Shown here: in pieces, positions 45,399 to 56,613 of the stretch
How positions within the stretch are numbered: the stretch's first letter is position 1
Layout: the number at the start of each line of letters is the position of its first letter
Assembly (NCBI GenBank): GCA_965204375.1
Contig: OZ241986.1
Span: forward strand, 1,856,001-1,920,000
DNA from: Candidatus Latescibacterota bacterium
Lineage (GTDB): Bacteria; Latescibacterota; UBA2968
Reading direction: 5' to 3'
Length of the DNA: 64,000 nucleotides
The notes under the pieces: model-generated
Seen by the model: the letters and a program-made list of their open reading frames with translations, nothing else
Databases searched by the model: none
Told to the model about the DNA's origin: nothing
Position numbers and translations under genes: made by a program

Positions 45399-45794
45399 CT
45401 ACCAGACGCTACAGATAACTTCGCCGCCAACACCTTCTCGACGCGCAGTTCGATCTGTCAAAATACCTTTTGATGTCGATAAAATAGCGACACCCAATCC
45501 ATTGAGTATTCGAGGAATTTCGTCTTTGCCCACATATTTTCTCAGACCGGGGCGACTTTCGCGCGTCAATCCTTGAATCGCGCTTTCCTCGTCGGGACTG
45601 TATTTGAGATAAAGGCGCAAATACCCCTGTCGGTTGTCGTCGATATACGCATAATTGTGAACAAAACCGCTTTCTTTTAAAATACGGGCAATCTCGCGCT
45701 TCATCCTGGAGCTCGGAATATCCACCTTGCGATGTCCGGCGCGACATGCATTTCGCACGCGCGTCAACATATCGGCAATCGGATCCGTCATCAT
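45399..45794 (-). CDS. rpsH: 30S ribosomal protein S8
   Basis: [15 protein letters not shown]; SRPGLRKY; GGEVICSVW. Confidence 0.98.
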   Translation of the reverse strand: MMTDPIADMLTRVRNACRAGHRKVDIPSSRMKREIARILKESGFVHNYAYIDDNRQGYLRLYLKYSPDEESAIQGLTRESRPGLRKYVGKDEIPRILNGLGVAILSTSKGILTDRTARREGVGGEVICSVW

Positions 45795-45811
45795 ATGTGC
45801 TTCCCCCTCAA

Positions 45812-45997
45812 TTACCAACTGGCCTTTGTCACGCCGGGAATCTCACCAGCGAGGGCCAACTCGCGAAAACATATACGGCAAATACCAAATTTGCGCAAAT
45901 AACCACGTGGCCTGCCGCATCTGTGACACCGATTATAGCGGCGGACCGCAAATTTCTGTTTGCGCTTTGCTTTGGCAATCATAGATTTTTTAGCCAT
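45812..45997 (-). CDS. rpsN: 30S ribosomal protein S14, type Z (zinc-binding)
   Basis: 61 aa; RCHRCGRPR...CRICFR; KASW. Confidence 0.98.
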   Translation of the reverse strand: MAKKSMIAKAKRKQKFAVRRYNRCHRCGRPRGYLRKFGICRICFRELALAGEIPGVTKASW

Positions 45998-46028
45998 ATT
46001 GGACCTGACCTCGTGTTAATTCTTTTAT

Positions 46029-46577
46029 TTAATCTTGATTTTGAAACGGCATGCCCATTTCGTTGAGCAGTTCAAAAGCCTCTTCATCCGTAGAGGCCGT
46101 GGTGACCAGGGTTACATCAAGGCCGCGAATTTTGTCGATTTGATCATAGTCAATCTCAGGAAAAATAATTTGTTCCTGAATACCGATCGTATAGTTGCCC
46201 CGACCATCAAATGAGCGCATTGAAAGGCCGCGAAAGTCGCGAATACGCGGCACAGAAAAATTGAAAAAACGGTCGAGAAATTCGTACATACGAGACCTGC
46301 GAAGCGTGACAGCACAGCCAATGGGTACACCCTGTCGCAGCTTAAAATTTGAAACGGCTTTCCGCGCCCTGCGAACTGAGGGCCGCTGTCCAGCAATGCG
46401 GGTCAAATCTTCAACAGCATTTTCAATGACTTTGGCATTGAGAACAGCTTCACCTACCCCCATGTTTAAGACAACCTTTTCCAATTTGGGCACCTGCATG
46501 CGATTTTTATACCCAAATCTTTGGATGAGTGCCGGTACAACTTCGTTCTCATAGTATTCTTGTAATCGCGTTGCCAT
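46029..46577 (-). CDS. rplE: 50S ribosomal protein L5
   Basis: [14 protein letters not shown]; PRIRDFRG; FDGRGNY; start ATG 46577. Confidence 0.98.
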   Translation of the reverse strand: MATRLQEYYENEVVPALIQRFGYKNRMQVPKLEKVVLNMGVGEAVLNAKVIENAVEDLTRIAGQRPSVRRARKAVSNFKLRQGVPIGCAVTLRRSRMYEFLDRFFNFSVPRIRDFRGLSMRSFDGRGNYTIGIQEQIIFPEIDYDQIDKIRGLDVTLVTTASTDEEAFELLNEMGMPFQNQD

Positions 46578-46587
46578 GTCGTCCTCG

Positions 46588-46908
46588 TTATTCAACTTCG
46601 GGAATTTGCTCACCACTTTTTTGAGCAATCCGCACGCGCGCCCCATCTTCGAGGCGTTGAATGCGAATCCTGGTCCGCTCATCGGTTTGCGGATCGACGA
46701 TCATGAGATTGGACACATGCAAGGGCGCTTCCTTTTCCACAATACCGCCTTGCTGATTATTGGGATTGGGGCGCGTATGGCGCTTGACATTGTTGATCCC
46801 TTCTACCAGCACGCGTTTTTTCTTTGGCCATACATTCAAAACGCGCCCACGTTGACCAGTATAAACACCGCTTATCACTTCAACTTGATCACCCTTGCGA
46901 ATCCTCAT
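46588..46908 (-). CDS. rplX: 50S ribosomal protein L24
   Basis: [12 protein letters not shown]; [15 protein letters not shown]. Confidence 0.98.
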   Translation of the reverse strand: MRIRKGDQVEVISGVYTGQRGRVLNVWPKKKRVLVEGINNVKRHTRPNPNNQQGGIVEKEAPLHVSNLMIVDPQTDERTRIRIQRLEDGARVRIAQKSGEQIPEVE

Positions 46909-46928
46909 CTCAACACACTTACCTTTCT

Positions 46929-47297
46929 TTATATCACTTCGGGCGCCAAAGATACAATGCGCATAAATCGCCTCTCGCGCAACTCGCGGGCAACGGGTCC
47001 AAATATGCGCGTCCCTCGAAGTTCGCCTTCCGCGCTGATCAAAACAGCGGCGTTGTCATCAAATCGAATATAGGACCCATCTGCCCTTCGCGTCTCTTTC
47101 TTTGTGCGGACGATCACGGCACGAGTAACATCACCGCGCTTTACACCGCTGTTGGGCTGTGCATCTTTAACTGAAACCACAACAGTATCACCGAGTTTGG
47201 CATACTTGCGCTTCGTGCCCCCTAAAATGCGAAAACACATCACCTTTCGGGCACCTGTGTTATCCGCACAATTTAATACCGAATATTCCTGGACCAT
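46929..47297 (-). CDS. rplN: 50S ribosomal protein L14
   Basis: ADNTGA; FDDNAAV; [12 protein letters not shown]. Confidence 0.98.
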   Translation of the reverse strand: MVQEYSVLNCADNTGARKVMCFRILGGTKRKYAKLGDTVVVSVKDAQPNSGVKRGDVTRAVIVRTKKETRRADGSYIRFDDNAAVLISAEGELRGTRIFGPVARELRERRFMRIVSLAPEVI

Positions 47298-47308
47298 GTT
47301 CTCTCCAC

Positions 47309-47569
47309 CTAATGCGCCTTTTTTATAATTTCTACCAACCGCCAGCGCTTGGTCTTGCTCAAAGGCCGCGTTTCCACAACCATCACCTCATCGCCAGTTC
47401 TGGCTTCATTATTCTCATCGTGCGCCGTTAATTTTGAACGTCTTTGCATAACTTTTCCATAAAGGGGGTGTGGCACCTGCCGCCGTACCTCAACGACTAT
47501 TGTTTTATTAGACTTGTCGCTGACCACCAGCCCTACACGTGTTTTGCGGTGCCTGCGAGTTTCCACCAT
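47309..47569 (-). CDS. rpsQ: 30S ribosomal protein S17
   Basis: [12 protein letters not shown]; [11 protein letters not shown]; start ATG 47569. Confidence 0.97.
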   Translation of the reverse strand: MVETRRHRKTRVGLVVSDKSNKTIVVEVRRQVPHPLYGKVMQRRSKLTAHDENNEARTGDEVMVVETRPLSKTKRWRLVEIIKKAH

Positions 47570-47589
47570 ACACCGATTCTCCTTAAAAA

Positions 47590-47799
47590 TTACGCGGGAA
47601 GCTCTCGAATGCCTAACTCGTGTTCGCGCAACACGGTTTTTAGCCGAGCGAGATCCTTGCATGCATCTCGAAATGCAATTGGATTATCGAGCTGGCGCGT
47701 AGCCAACTGAATGCGGAGATTCACGAGTTCATCCTCTTGTTCAGCAATTCTTTCCCTTACATCGTTTGCAGTTAGATCTCGAATTTCACTCGGTTTCAT
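47590..47799 (-). CDS. rpmC: 50S ribosomal protein L29
   Basis: MKPSEIR...ELVNLR...DLARLKT. Confidence 0.95.
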   Translation of the reverse strand: MKPSEIRDLTANDVRERIAEQEDELVNLRIQLATRQLDNPIAFRDACKDLARLKTVLREHELGIRELPA

Positions 47800-48215
47800 T
47801 CGTCGTGTCCCCCGCGTTCTACAAAACGGACTTTAATGGGCAATTTCTGGCTGGCCAATTTGATTGCGCGTTGCGCACTTCCGCGTGGCACACCCTCAAT
47901 TTCAAACAGAATCCGCCCGGGTTTGATGACTGCCACCCAGTATTCGGGATTGCCTTTGCCCTTGCCCATACGGGTCTCTGCTGGCTTAACCGTAAGGGGT
48001 TTATCTGGAAAAACGCGAATCCAAACTTTCCCACCGCGCCCCAAAGACTTGTTAATCGCCACTCGAGCAGCTTCAATCTGTCTGTTGGTAATCCATCCCG
48101 GTTCAAGGGCCTGCAAACCGTATTCGCCAAAAGAAATATTGGCTCCTCGAGAGGCCATACCTTTGCGACGCCCCCTCTGCTGCTTTCTCCATTTGACCCG
48201 TTTTGGCATTAACAT
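47796..48215 (-). CDS. rplP: 50S ribosomal protein L16
   Basis: QIEAAR; ETRMGKGKG. Confidence 0.98.
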   Translation of the reverse strand: MLMPKRVKWRKQQRGRRKGMASRGANISFGEYGLQALEPGWITNRQIEAARVAINKSLGRGGKVWIRVFPDKPLTVKPAETRMGKGKGNPEYWVAVIKPGRILFEIEGVPRGSAQRAIKLASQKLPIKVRFVERGGHDE

Positions 48216-48236
48216 AATAGCCGCTCCTGTCCCGAC

Positions 48237-48887
48237 TTAAGTTGGCAGATGGGCATCCTGACCCATTTTTTCTCCGTGACAGATCCAGACTTTTACCCCT
48301 ACAGTACCCGAGGTTGTATAAGCAGTAGATCTGGCATAATCTATATCGGCGCGAAGTGTGTGAAGAGGAACGCGTCCTGCAGGCTCTGATTTTTCAACGC
48401 GAGACATTTCCGCTCCACCAAGGCGCCCTCCACACACGACTTTAATCCCTTCAGCCCCCATGCGCACCGCCGAAGCAACGGCTTTTTTCATTGCACGGCG
48501 AAATGAGACGCGCTGTTCGAGTTGTCGGGAGATATTATCGGCGACGAGTTGAGCGTTGAGTTCTGGTCGCTTAATTTCATTGATGTTGATATAAATTTCT
48601 TTGCCCGTCAGGTGCTTTAATTCATCTCGCAATTTATCGACCTCTGCGCCTTTGCGTCCAATCACAATGCCAGGACGAGCGGTGTGAATCGAAATCGTCA
48701 CCCGCTTAGGCGCACGCTCAATATCTATTTGTGCAACGCTTGCCCGCTGCAGACGACTGGTAATATATCGCCTGAGCATAAGGTCTTCTTGAAGCAGGCT
48801 GGCAAAATCGCGATTGGCAAACCAGCGAGAACGCCAGTCTTTTACAATTCCCAACCTCACTCCGATTGGATGCGTTTTCTGGCCCAA
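48237..48887 (-). CDS. rpsC: 30S ribosomal protein S3
   Basis: [12 protein letters not shown]; [11 protein letters not shown]; [12 protein letters not shown]; TTG start 48887. Confidence 0.98.
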   Translation of the reverse strand: MGQKTHPIGVRLGIVKDWRSRWFANRDFASLLQEDLMLRRYITSRLQRASVAQIDIERAPKRVTISIHTARPGIVIGRKGAEVDKLRDELKHLTGKEIYININEIKRPELNAQLVADNISRQLEQRVSFRRAMKKAVASAVRMGAEGIKVVCGGRLGGAEMSRVEKSEPAGRVPLHTLRADIDYARSTAYTTSGTVGVKVWICHGEKMGQDAHLPT

Positions 48888-48897
48888 AGTATTTCTC

Positions 48898-49239
48898 CTA
48901 TTCCTCGTCTGAAACAACCAGCGTGATGTGGCTATATCGCTTGCGAATCATGCCGGCAGCACCACGCGGCTGAGGACGCAACCGTTTTAACGCAATGCCA
49001 CCATCTACAAACGCCTCTTTCACAAAGAGTGTTTCTTCGACTGCGGATTCTTCTTCGCGATTGACCGCATTTGCAACTGCGGATTGCAAGGTGCGCGCTA
49101 CAATGCGCGCGGCCTTTTTAGGTGTAAATTGCAGAATGTGGAAAGCTTCCTCCACACCTTTACCCCGCACGAGATTAACCACCTGTCGCACCTTGCGCGG
49201 TGAAATTCTTGAATAGCGCAATACCGCCCGAGCTTCCAT
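48898..49239 (-). CDS. rplV: 50S ribosomal protein L22
   Basis: RISPRKVR; SAVANA; KRYSHIT. Confidence 0.97.
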   Translation of the reverse strand: MEARAVLRYSRISPRKVRQVVNLVRGKGVEEAFHILQFTPKKAARIVARTLQSAVANAVNREEESAVEETLFVKEAFVDGGIALKRLRPQPRGAAGMIRKRYSHITLVVSDEE

Positions 49240-49261
49240 TTAAAATTCCCGTCTCAAAATA

Positions 49262-49552
49262 TCACTGTAAAGAAGTGGCGCGTTCAGTAGATCGCCCCGC
49301 GCGCGCTCCCCGATGCGTGCGCGTGGGAGCAAATTCACCGAGTTTGTGTCCAACCATGTTTTCTGTGATATAAACGGGGATAAATTTATTTCCATTGTGC
49401 ACAGCAAGCGTATGCCCCACAAACTCTGGCGCAATTGTCGATCGTCGCGCCCACGTCTGAATAACCCGCTTATTACCAGCCTTATTCATTTGCTCAATCT
49501 TTTTTAAGAGACTCGGCTCAATAAAAGGCCCTTTTTTAATTGACCGTGCCAT
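49262..49552 (-). CDS. rpsS: 30S ribosomal protein S19
   Basis: [10 protein letters not shown]; [13 protein letters not shown]. Confidence 0.98.
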   Translation of the reverse strand: MARSIKKGPFIEPSLLKKIEQMNKAGNKRVIQTWARRSTIAPEFVGHTLAVHNGNKFIPVYITENMVGHKLGEFAPTRTHRGARAGRSTERATSLQ

Positions 49553-49568
49553 AAAAAAAAACTCCTGA

Positions 49569-50393
49569 TTACCTGCGTCTTTGAATGATCATTTGATCAG
49601 ATTTATTTTTCTTTTTGCGCGTTTTATATCCTTTTGTGGGTTGTCCCCAGGGCGTCACCGGATGCCTGCCGCCTGTTGCTCGACCTTCTCCACCACCGTG
49701 AGGATGATCAATTGGGTTCATAGCAACACCACGCACTTTTGGACGTTTGCCCAACCAGCGAGTCCGTCCTGCTTTTCCGACAACAACATTTTCATGCTCT
49801 AAATTGCCAACCTGTCCAATGGTCGCATAACACGATACTAAGACCAACCGACGCTCGCCAGAAGGCAGGCGAAGAGTTGCAAAATTGCCTTCTTTAGCCA
49901 TCACCTGAATTTCAGCACCTGCCGAGCGACCAATTTGTCCGCCTTTGCCTGGCTTGAGTTCAACATTGTGTACATTGCTCCCCAAAGGGATATTTGCCAG
50001 AGGAAGCGCATTACCTGGTCTGATCTCTGCATCTGCTCCTGAGGCAACCTCATCGCCAACACGTAAACCAATCGGGGCCAGAATATAGCGTTTTTCACCA
50101 TCGACATAGTGCAGGAGTGCAATGCGCGCCGATCGATTTGGATCGTATTCAATGCTATGCACAATTGCAGGCACACCTACTTTATCGCGCTTGAAATCAA
50201 TTCGGCGGTACTTGCGCCGATGTCCGCCACCGCGACGACGACTCGTGATACGCCCTCGATTATTGCGGCCCCCAGATTTTTTATTGGGTTCAACAAGGGA
50301 TTTTTCAGGCGTATCTTTTGTAATCTCTTCAAAAGAAGAGACTGTCTTAAATCGCAACGAAGGCGTTGTTGGGCGAAACTTCTTAACGGGCAT
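49569..50393 (-). CDS. rplB: 50S ribosomal protein L2
   Basis: IEYDPNRSA; [17 protein letters not shown]. Confidence 0.98.
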   Translation of the reverse strand: MPVKKFRPTTPSLRFKTVSSFEEITKDTPEKSLVEPNKKSGGRNNRGRITSRRRGGGHRRKYRRIDFKRDKVGVPAIVHSIEYDPNRSARIALLHYVDGEKRYILAPIGLRVGDEVASGADAEIRPGNALPLANIPLGSNVHNVELKPGKGGQIGRSAGAEIQVMAKEGNFATLRLPSGERRLVLVSCYATIGQVGNLEHENVVVGKAGRTRWLGKRPKVRGVAMNPIDHPHGGGEGRATGGRHPVTPWGQPTKGYKTRKKKNKSDQMIIQRRR

Positions 50394-50396
50394 GAA

Positions 50397-50684
50397 TTAT
50401 CCTTCAAAAAAGTCGATGATATGTCCATCGGCAAGGGTGACAACAGCCTTTTTCCAGTTGGAACGGCGGCCTTGAAACCGTCCAAGCCGCTTGATCTTGC
50501 CGTGCACTGTACTCGTATTGACCTTTACGACTTCGACATCGAACATGGCTTCAACTGCACGCTGAATATCGACTTTGTTTGCACCACTGAGAACTTCAAA
50601 TACATATTTATTGTGACTTTCCTGCAAATTAGAAGCCCGCTCGGTAATAATGGGACGCCGAATAATCTGCTTAGAATTCTTCAC
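50397..50684 (-). CDS. rplW: 50S ribosomal protein L23
   Basis: PIITE; ANKVDI; WKKAVVTL; GTG start 50684. Confidence 0.97.
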   Translation of the reverse strand: MKNSKQIIRRPIITERASNLQESHNKYVFEVLSGANKVDIQRAVEAMFDVEVVKVNTSTVHGKIKRLGRFQGRRSNWKKAVVTLADGHIIDFFEG

Positions 50685-51313
50685 GAGGCCCCCCACAGAT
50701 CACGAATGCGAGAAACCGCACTGCGTGTGAGAACCAGGACATCTGCATTGATCACGTCATAAGTGGAAACTTGCGAAACGGGTAATACGGAAAGTCTGGG
50801 GATATTCCGACAGGATTTGACGGTATTTTCAGCGATACCATCTGTCAATAGCAATATCTTTTGCCCCCGGATTTCAAGCATTTGTGTCATTTGTGCCATT
50901 CGCTTTGTTTTGGGCACTTCAAGCTCAAAATCTTCCAGAACAGATATGGATTCGCCGAGCACTTTTTGCGAAAATGCCGAGCGTATGGCCAATTTTTTGA
51001 CTTTCTTGGGCACCCGTTCCCGAAAATGTCTCGGTCTGGGACCATGAGCCACCCCACCACCGATCAATATAGGCGATCCAGCTGTTCCCTTACGGGCACG
51101 ACCCGTACCTTTTTGTCGGTACATCTTCCGTTTTGACCGATGGACTTCTGAGCGGGTTTTCGTCGAGGCATTGCCTTGCCGCTGATTGGCCAAATACGCT
51201 TTAACGACATAATAGATCGCGTCAGCCGATGGCTCAATTCCAAAAACTGTTTCGGGTAGCTCCATCGATCCGATTTCTTCACCATCAAGATTGCAAACCT
51301 CAACAGATGCCAT
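50681..51313 (-). CDS. rplD: 50S ribosomal protein L4
   Basis: TKTRSEV; RQKGTGRAR; GGGVAHGP. Confidence 0.98.
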   Translation of the reverse strand: MASVEVCNLDGEEIGSMELPETVFGIEPSADAIYYVVKAYLANQRQGNASTKTRSEVHRSKRKMYRQKGTGRARKGTAGSPILIGGGVAHGPRPRHFRERVPKKVKKLAIRSAFSQKVLGESISVLEDFELEVPKTKRMAQMTQMLEIRGQKILLLTDGIAENTVKSCRNIPRLSVLPVSQVSTYDVINADVLVLTRSAVSRIRDLWGAS

Positions 51314-51330
51314 AATCGCCTTACCTCAAA

Positions 51331-51954
51331 TCAGTTGCGTTTCTCAATAACAACCGTAGCCCCTTTACCTCCTGGCACGGCACCTTTTAAGAGAAGCAAA
51401 TTTTGTTCGATATCTACACCCACGACCTTTAATCCCCGAACCGTTACCTGCTGATCCCCCATATGACCTGCCATACGCATTCCCTTAAACACCCGCGAAG
51501 GATTCGAACTTTGGCCTATAGAACCAGGCGCGCGATGTCTATCGGATTGTCCATGGGTTTTGGGGCCACCTCTGAATCCGTGGCGCTTGACACCACCCTG
51601 GAATCCACGACCTTTTGATCGAGCCGCAACATCGACAACCTCGCCTACCTCAAACATGCTGACATTGAGTGTCTCGCCTATAGCATATTCGGAGACATCA
51701 TCAACTCGAAATTCTACAAGGCCTCGATGGGGATTAACACCTGCCTTCTTGAAAATTCCTTGATCCGCGCGGTTCAGCCGATTGGGCCGAATCTCATCGT
51801 ACCCAACCCTCAATGCCATATACCCATCCGAATCCCAATTTTTGATCTGCACAATGGGACACGGAGCAACTTCGAGAACCGTGACAGGCGTCAGCATTTC
51901 TGCGTCGTCAAATGCCTGTGTCATACCGATTTTTTTTCCAATCAATCCCAGCAC
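51331..51954 (-). CDS. rplC: 50S ribosomal protein L3
   Basis: GKKIGMTQ; SKGRGFQG; RAPGSIG. Confidence 0.98.
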   Translation of the reverse strand: MLGLIGKKIGMTQAFDDAEMLTPVTVLEVAPCPIVQIKNWDSDGYMALRVGYDEIRPNRLNRADQGIFKKAGVNPHRGLVEFRVDDVSEYAIGETLNVSMFEVGEVVDVAARSKGRGFQGGVKRHGFRGGPKTHGQSDRHRAPGSIGQSSNPSRVFKGMRMAGHMGDQQVTVRGLKVVGVDIEQNLLLLKGAVPGGKGATVVIEKRN

Positions 51955-51956
51955 GA

Positions 51957-52265
51957 CTACACCTTGATTTCAATATCTATACCCGCAGGCAGGTCCAGCT
52001 TCATCAGAGCATCTACCGTTTGGGGCGTTGAATTGTGAATGTCGATCAGCCTTTTGTGTACGCGCATCTCAAACTGCTCGCGCGATTTTTTATCGACATG
52101 TGGAGATCGCAATACCGTATAGAGCGAGCGCCTCGTCGGCAGAGGAATGGGGCCTGAAATAAGCGCCCCAGTCCGTTTTGCTGTCCGAACGATTTCTTCA
52201 GCAGAACGATCCAGCGCATTGTGGTTGTATGCTTTTAGTCTAATTCTAATTTTTTGTGCAGGCAC
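51957..52265 (-). CDS. rpsJ: 30S ribosomal protein S10
   Basis: KIRIRLKAY; [14 protein letters not shown]. Confidence 0.98.
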   Translation of the reverse strand: MPAQKIRIRLKAYNHNALDRSAEEIVRTAKRTGALISGPIPLPTRRSLYTVLRSPHVDKKSREQFEMRVHKRLIDIHNSTPQTVDALMKLDLPAGIDIEIKV

Positions 52266-52285
52266 GAGGCATCCCTTCGCGGTTC

Positions 52286-53479
52286 TTATTCAACAATTTC
52301 AGTAATCACACCCGAGCCAATAGTTCGACCACCTTCCCGCACGGCAAATCGCAGTTCGGTCTCCATAGCGATTGGCGTAAGCAGTTCCACAGACATGGTC
52401 ACATTATCGCCGGGCATCACCATTTCTACGCCATCGGGCAACTCGACTTTACCAGTCACATCCGTTGTGCGAAAATAGAACTGAGGTTGATAGCCGGTAA
52501 AGAAGGGTTTGCTGCGTCCGCCTTCTTTATCCGTCAGCACATAAACTTCGCCTTTAAACTTCTTGTGGGGGGTCACTGAACCTGGCTTGGCAACCACCAT
52601 GCCGCGTTCAATTTCATCTTTGTCAACACCGCGAAGCAACAAACCGACATTGTCACCAGCCCTGCCCTCATCCAGCAGTTTGCGGAACATTTCCACGCCC
52701 GTAACCGTTGTATTGCGACTCTCGCGAATGCCCACAATCTCAACTTCCTCACCGACATTAACCACGCCGCGTTCAATGCGTCCAGTACCTACTGTACCGC
52801 GCCCCGTAATCGTAAATACGTCCTCAACCGGCATCAAAAAATCTTTGTCAATCTCGCGCACAGGCTCCGGGATATTTTCATCTACAGCTTCCATTAACTC
52901 CCAGATACAGGCACAATCTTCGGAATCGGGATCGTCAGACTCCAAAGCTTTGAGGGCAGAACCCTGGATCACTGGCACATCATCGCCGGGGAAATCATAT
53001 TGGTCCAACAACTCGCGGACTTCCAGATCAACAAGTTCGAGCAATTCTTCATCATCGACCATATCGACCTTATTCATAAATACCACGATGGAAGGCACAT
53101 TGACCTGGCGTGAAAGCAGAATATGCTCGCGGGTCTGAATCATGGGACCATCTGCAGCACTAACGACCAGAATCGCACCATCCATCTGCGCGGCACCCGT
53201 GATCATGTTTTTCACATAGTCAGCATGTCCGGGACAATCTACGTGGGCATAGTGCCGATTTTCCGTCTGATACTCCACGTGAGCCGTATTAATGGTGATT
53301 CCACGCTCTTTTTCTTCGGGTGCTTTGTCAATGTCGTCAAAAGGCATAAAATCGGCAAGCCCCTTAGCTGCCAGCGTCTTGGTAATAGCAGCAGTCAGCG
53401 TGGTTTTGCCGTGATCGACATGCCCGATTGTACCGATGTTGACATGGGGTTTGTCCCGTTCAAATTTTTCCTTCGCCAT
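52286..53479 (-). CDS. tuf: Elongation factor Tu
   Basis: GHVDHGKT; RGITI; DCPGH; NKVD. Confidence 0.99.
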   Translation of the reverse strand: MAKEKFERDKPHVNIGTIGHVDHGKTTLTAAITKTLAAKGLADFMPFDDIDKAPEEKERGITINTAHVEYQTENRHYAHVDCPGHADYVKNMITGAAQMDGAILVVSAADGPMIQTREHILLSRQVNVPSIVVFMNKVDMVDDEELLELVDLEVRELLDQYDFPGDDVPVIQGSALKALESDDPDSEDCACIWELMEAVDENIPEPVREIDKDFLMPVEDVFTITGRGTVGTGRIERGVVNVGEEVEIVGIRESRNTTVTGVEMFRKLLDEGRAGDNVGLLLRGVDKDEIERGMVVAKPGSVTPHKKFKGEVYVLTDKEGGRSKPFFTGYQPQFYFRTTDVTGKVELPDGVEMVMPGDNVTMSVELLTPIAMETELRFAVREGGRTIGSGVITEIVE

Positions 53480-53526
53480 ATTTTCCTCCTGAAAAGATCG
53501 AACGAAAATAAAAAAAACGCGTTCGC

Positions 53527-55620
53527 TTAAGTTGCAAATACATTGACTGAAGAGAGAATGTCTTCAGCGATGCTCTGCGGCATTTCCTCAAATTTGGAAA
53601 ATTCCATTGAATAAATCGCGCGACCCTGTGTTATAGACCGCAACTTTGTTGCATAACCAAACATTTCACTCAGCGGCACAGTGGCCGAGATGACCTGTGC
53701 ATCGGGGCGATTGACAATACCTACAATATGCCCCCGACGCGCATTCAAATCACCCATAACATCGCCCATATAGTCTTCGGGCACAACGACTTCCACATCA
53801 AAAACAGGTTCCATAAGATAAGTTTTAGCCCTTTTGGCTGCCTCCTGAAAAGCTATTGAACCAGCAATCTTGAAGGCTATTTCAGAAGAATCAACATCGT
53901 GATAGGAACCGTCAAACAGTTCAATTTTGACATCATCTATTGGATACCCCGCCAGGACCCCACCCGTCATTGCCTCCTGAATTCCCGCGCGCACGGCAGA
54001 AATATATTCAGACGGGATTGCACCACCTGTAATTTTATTCTCAAATACAAGTCCTGTACCGGGTTTACCAGGTTCCAGGTTGATAACCACATGACCGTAT
54101 TGACCCCGACCTCCACTTTGACGGACAAAGCGCCCGTGAATATTTTGAACAGCGTTGCGGATGGCTTCTTTATAAGTGACCTGTGGTTTGCCAACATTGG
54201 CCTCAACCCTGAATTCGCGCTTGAGGCGATCCACAATAATCTCCAGGTGCAATTCACCCATCCCCGAAATAATGGTCTGTCCAGTGTCTGGATCAATAGC
54301 TACGTGAAAAGTAGGGTCTTCTTCGGTCAGCTTGCTCAGCGCGATGCCGAGTTGATCTTGATCAGCCTTGGTTCTCGGTTCAATTGCCACAGAAATCACG
54401 GGCTTGGCAAAATCCATTGATTCCAATATCACAGGCTCTTTTTCATCGCAAAGCGTCTCTCCTGTTGCCGTGTCTTTCAGCCCAACAACAGCCGCAATCT
54501 CACCCGCAGACACCGCATTGATCTCTTCCCGCTTATTCGCGTGCATTTGCAACATACGTCCGATGCGCTCGCGTTTGCCCTTATTGGCGTTGAGAACATA
54601 AGAGCCTGTATTTAAGTGACCTGAATATACGCGGAAGTAAGTCAACCGCCCGACATAAGGATCTGTCATCACCTTAAAAGCCAAAGCGGCAAAAGGCACT
54701 TCGTCGGAAACCGGACGAGAAACCCCAATGTCGAAGTTTTTGAGATCGTGTCCCACAATTTCAGGCACATCGCGAGGCGAGGGTAAATATGCGACAATAG
54801 CATCTAACAAGCGCTGCACGCCTTTATTCTTAAATGCCGACCCACAAAGCACAGGCACAGCAGTACTGTTAATTACGGCCTGACGCAAAGCAGCTTTAAT
54901 CTCTTCCTCGCTGATATCTTCGCCTTCGAGAAATTTTTCCATCAAGGTGTCATCAAAGTCGGAGACCGCTTCCAGCAATTGCTCGCGGCCTTCATAGGCG
55001 CGTTCTTCCAGATCGTTTGGAATACTATCTTCCGTAAACTTGGTGCCTAAAGAATCATCCTCGTAGGTCACGAGTTTCATCTTGATCAAATCAATCAAGC
55101 CCGTAAACATCTCCCCAGCCCCTACAGGCAACTGAACGGGAACAAAATTGGCACCCAATCTTTCACGCATCATTTCTACTACGCGGTCGAAATCGGCACC
55201 CGTGCGATCCATTTTGTTGACAAATGCAATCCGAGGGACGGAATATTTGTCCGCCTGACGCCAGACAGTTTCCGATTGGGGTTCAACGCCTCCAACCGCG
55301 CAAAACAGCCCTACAGCACCATCTAAAACGCGCAATGACCGCTCGACTTCGGCAGTAAAATCAACATGTCCTGGCGTATCGATAATATTGATGCGGTGGT
55401 CATCCCAAAAACACGTTGTAGCCGCCGACGTAATGGTAATGCCGCGCTCGCGCTCTTGAGCCATCCAGTCCATGGTGGCAGCACCATCGTGCACCTCACC
55501 CATTCTGCGCAAAATACCCGTATAATAGAGAATGCGCTCGGTCGTCGTGGTTTTACCTGCGTCGATATGCGCCATAATCCCGATATTTCGGGTGCGCTCT
55601 AAGTCGTATTTTCTCGCCAT
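53527..55620 (-). CDS. fusA: Elongation factor G
   Basis: AHIDAGKTT; RGITI; DTPGH; GMGELH; [10 protein letters not shown]. Start ATG 55620 or GTG 55629. Confidence 0.99.
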   Translation of the reverse strand: MARKYDLERTRNIGIMAHIDAGKTTTTERILYYTGILRRMGEVHDGAATMDWMAQERERGITITSAATTCFWDDHRINIIDTPGHVDFTAEVERSLRVLDGAVGLFCAVGGVEPQSETVWRQADKYSVPRIAFVNKMDRTGADFDRVVEMMRERLGANFVPVQLPVGAGEMFTGLIDLIKMKLVTYEDDSLGTKFTEDSIPNDLEERAYEGREQLLEAVSDFDDTLMEKFLEGEDISEEEIKAALRQAVINSTAVPVLCGSAFKNKGVQRLLDAIVAYLPSPRDVPEIVGHDLKNFDIGVSRPVSDEVPFAALAFKVMTDPYVGRLTYFRVYSGHLNTGSYVLNANKGKRERIGRMLQMHANKREEINAVSAGEIAAVVGLKDTATGETLCDEKEPVILESMDFAKPVISVAIEPRTKADQDQLGIALSKLTEEDPTFHVAIDPDTGQTIISGMGELHLEIIVDRLKREFRVEANVGKPQVTYKEAIRNAVQNIHGRFVRQSGGRGQYGHVVINLEPGKPGTGLVFENKITGGAIPSEYISAVRAGIQEAMTGGVLAGYPIDDVKIELFDGSYHDVDSSEIAFKIAGSIAFQEAAKRAKTYLMEPVFDVEVVVPEDYMGDVMGDLNARRGHIVGIVNRPDAQVISATVPLSEMFGYATKLRSITQGRAIYSMEFSKFEEMPQSIAEDILSSVNVFAT

Positions 55621-55629
55621 CTTAGTCAC

Positions 55630-56097
55630 TTACCAGCGATAATGCGCAAATGCGCGATTGGCTTCTGCCATGCGATGCGTTTCTTCTCGTCGCTGCATGG
55701 CACGCCCTTGCCCATTTGCTGCATCCATAAATTCACCAGCCAAACGCTGAGCCATTGTCTTTTCACCCCGTTCTCTGGCAAATAAAATTAACCAGCGAAT
55801 AGACAGTGCAAGGCGTTCATCTGGACGGACTTCTTCGGGCACCTGGTAAGTCGCGCCACCGACGCGGCGCGATCTCACCTTGACAACCGGTTTGACATTG
55901 TCAAGTGCTTTTTCAAAAACCTCTAAGCCGGCATTTCCACTGCGATCTTCAACCAGATCAAGTGCCTCGTAAAAAATTCGTTCACCCACACTCTTTTTGC
56001 CTTTGCGAAACAAGCAGTTGACAAAACGCGTCACCAACAGGCTGCTGTATTTGGGATCTGGAGCCAAGTATCGTTTTTCCGCTCGCCGCTTTCGCAT
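55630..56097 (-). CDS. rpsG: 30S ribosomal protein S7
   Basis: [11 protein letters not shown]; [15 protein letters not shown]; start ATG 56097. Confidence 0.98.
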   Translation of the reverse strand: MRKRRAEKRYLAPDPKYSSLLVTRFVNCLFRKGKKSVGERIFYEALDLVEDRSGNAGLEVFEKALDNVKPVVKVRSRRVGGATYQVPEEVRPDERLALSIRWLILFARERGEKTMAQRLAGEFMDAANGQGRAMQRREETHRMAEANRAFAHYRW

Positions 56098-56112
56098 ATC
56101 GGGATCTACCTC

Positions 56113-56153
56113 TTTTAAAATAAGGGGGATACGCCACCAAGGTGGTATCCCCC
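56113..56153 (-). promoter_or_regulatory. GC-rich hairpin with U-rich tail in the rpsL-rpsG spacer
   Basis: Minus strand GGGGGATAC-CACCTTGGTGGC-GTATCCCCC then TTATTTT. Confidence 0.55.
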
Positions 56154-56182
56154 ATGTTTTATCGAATAATAGGCACTTGAGA

Positions 56183-56554
56183 TTAACCCGCTTTTTTCGT
56201 GCCGTATTTGGAACGACCTTGTTTGCGGTCTTCCACGCCAGTTGTGTCGAGTACGCCCCGAAGAATGTGATACCGAACAGAAGGTAGATCCTTGACGCGA
56301 CCGCCCCGGATGAGTACCACAGAGTGCTCCATGAGATTATGCCCTTCACCCGGAATATACGCTGTTACTTCAAGACCATTCGTCAACCTGACACGCGCTA
56401 CTTTGCGCAGAGCTGAATTGGGCTTTTTGGGCGTTGTAGTATAAACACGTGTACAAACACCGCGTTTTTGAGGACAAGCTCTCAAAGCAGGTGCAGAAGA
56501 ACGCTTGCGCTTGGCTTTTCGTCCCTTCCGAACCAGTTGATTAATTGTGGGCAA
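56183..56554 (-). CDS. rpsL: 30S ribosomal protein S12
   Basis: PTINQLVRK; [11 protein letters not shown]; TTG 56554 lies 6 nt after AAGGAGG. Confidence 0.98.
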   Translation of the reverse strand: MPTINQLVRKGRKAKRKRSSAPALRACPQKRGVCTRVYTTTPKKPNSALRKVARVRLTNGLEVTAYIPGEGHNLMEHSVVLIRGGRVKDLPSVRYHILRGVLDTTGVEDRKQGRSKYGTKKAG

Positions 56555-56584
56555 ACTCAACCTCCTTAATTATGGGAGACTTGT

Positions 56585-56613
56585 AATATACTAGGTGTAT
56601 GAATGGCTGTCAA
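56585..56613 (-). promoter_or_regulatory. str operon promoter; the -35 overlaps the rpoC stop codon
   Basis: Minus strand TTGACA-17 nt-TATATT. Confidence 0.75.
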
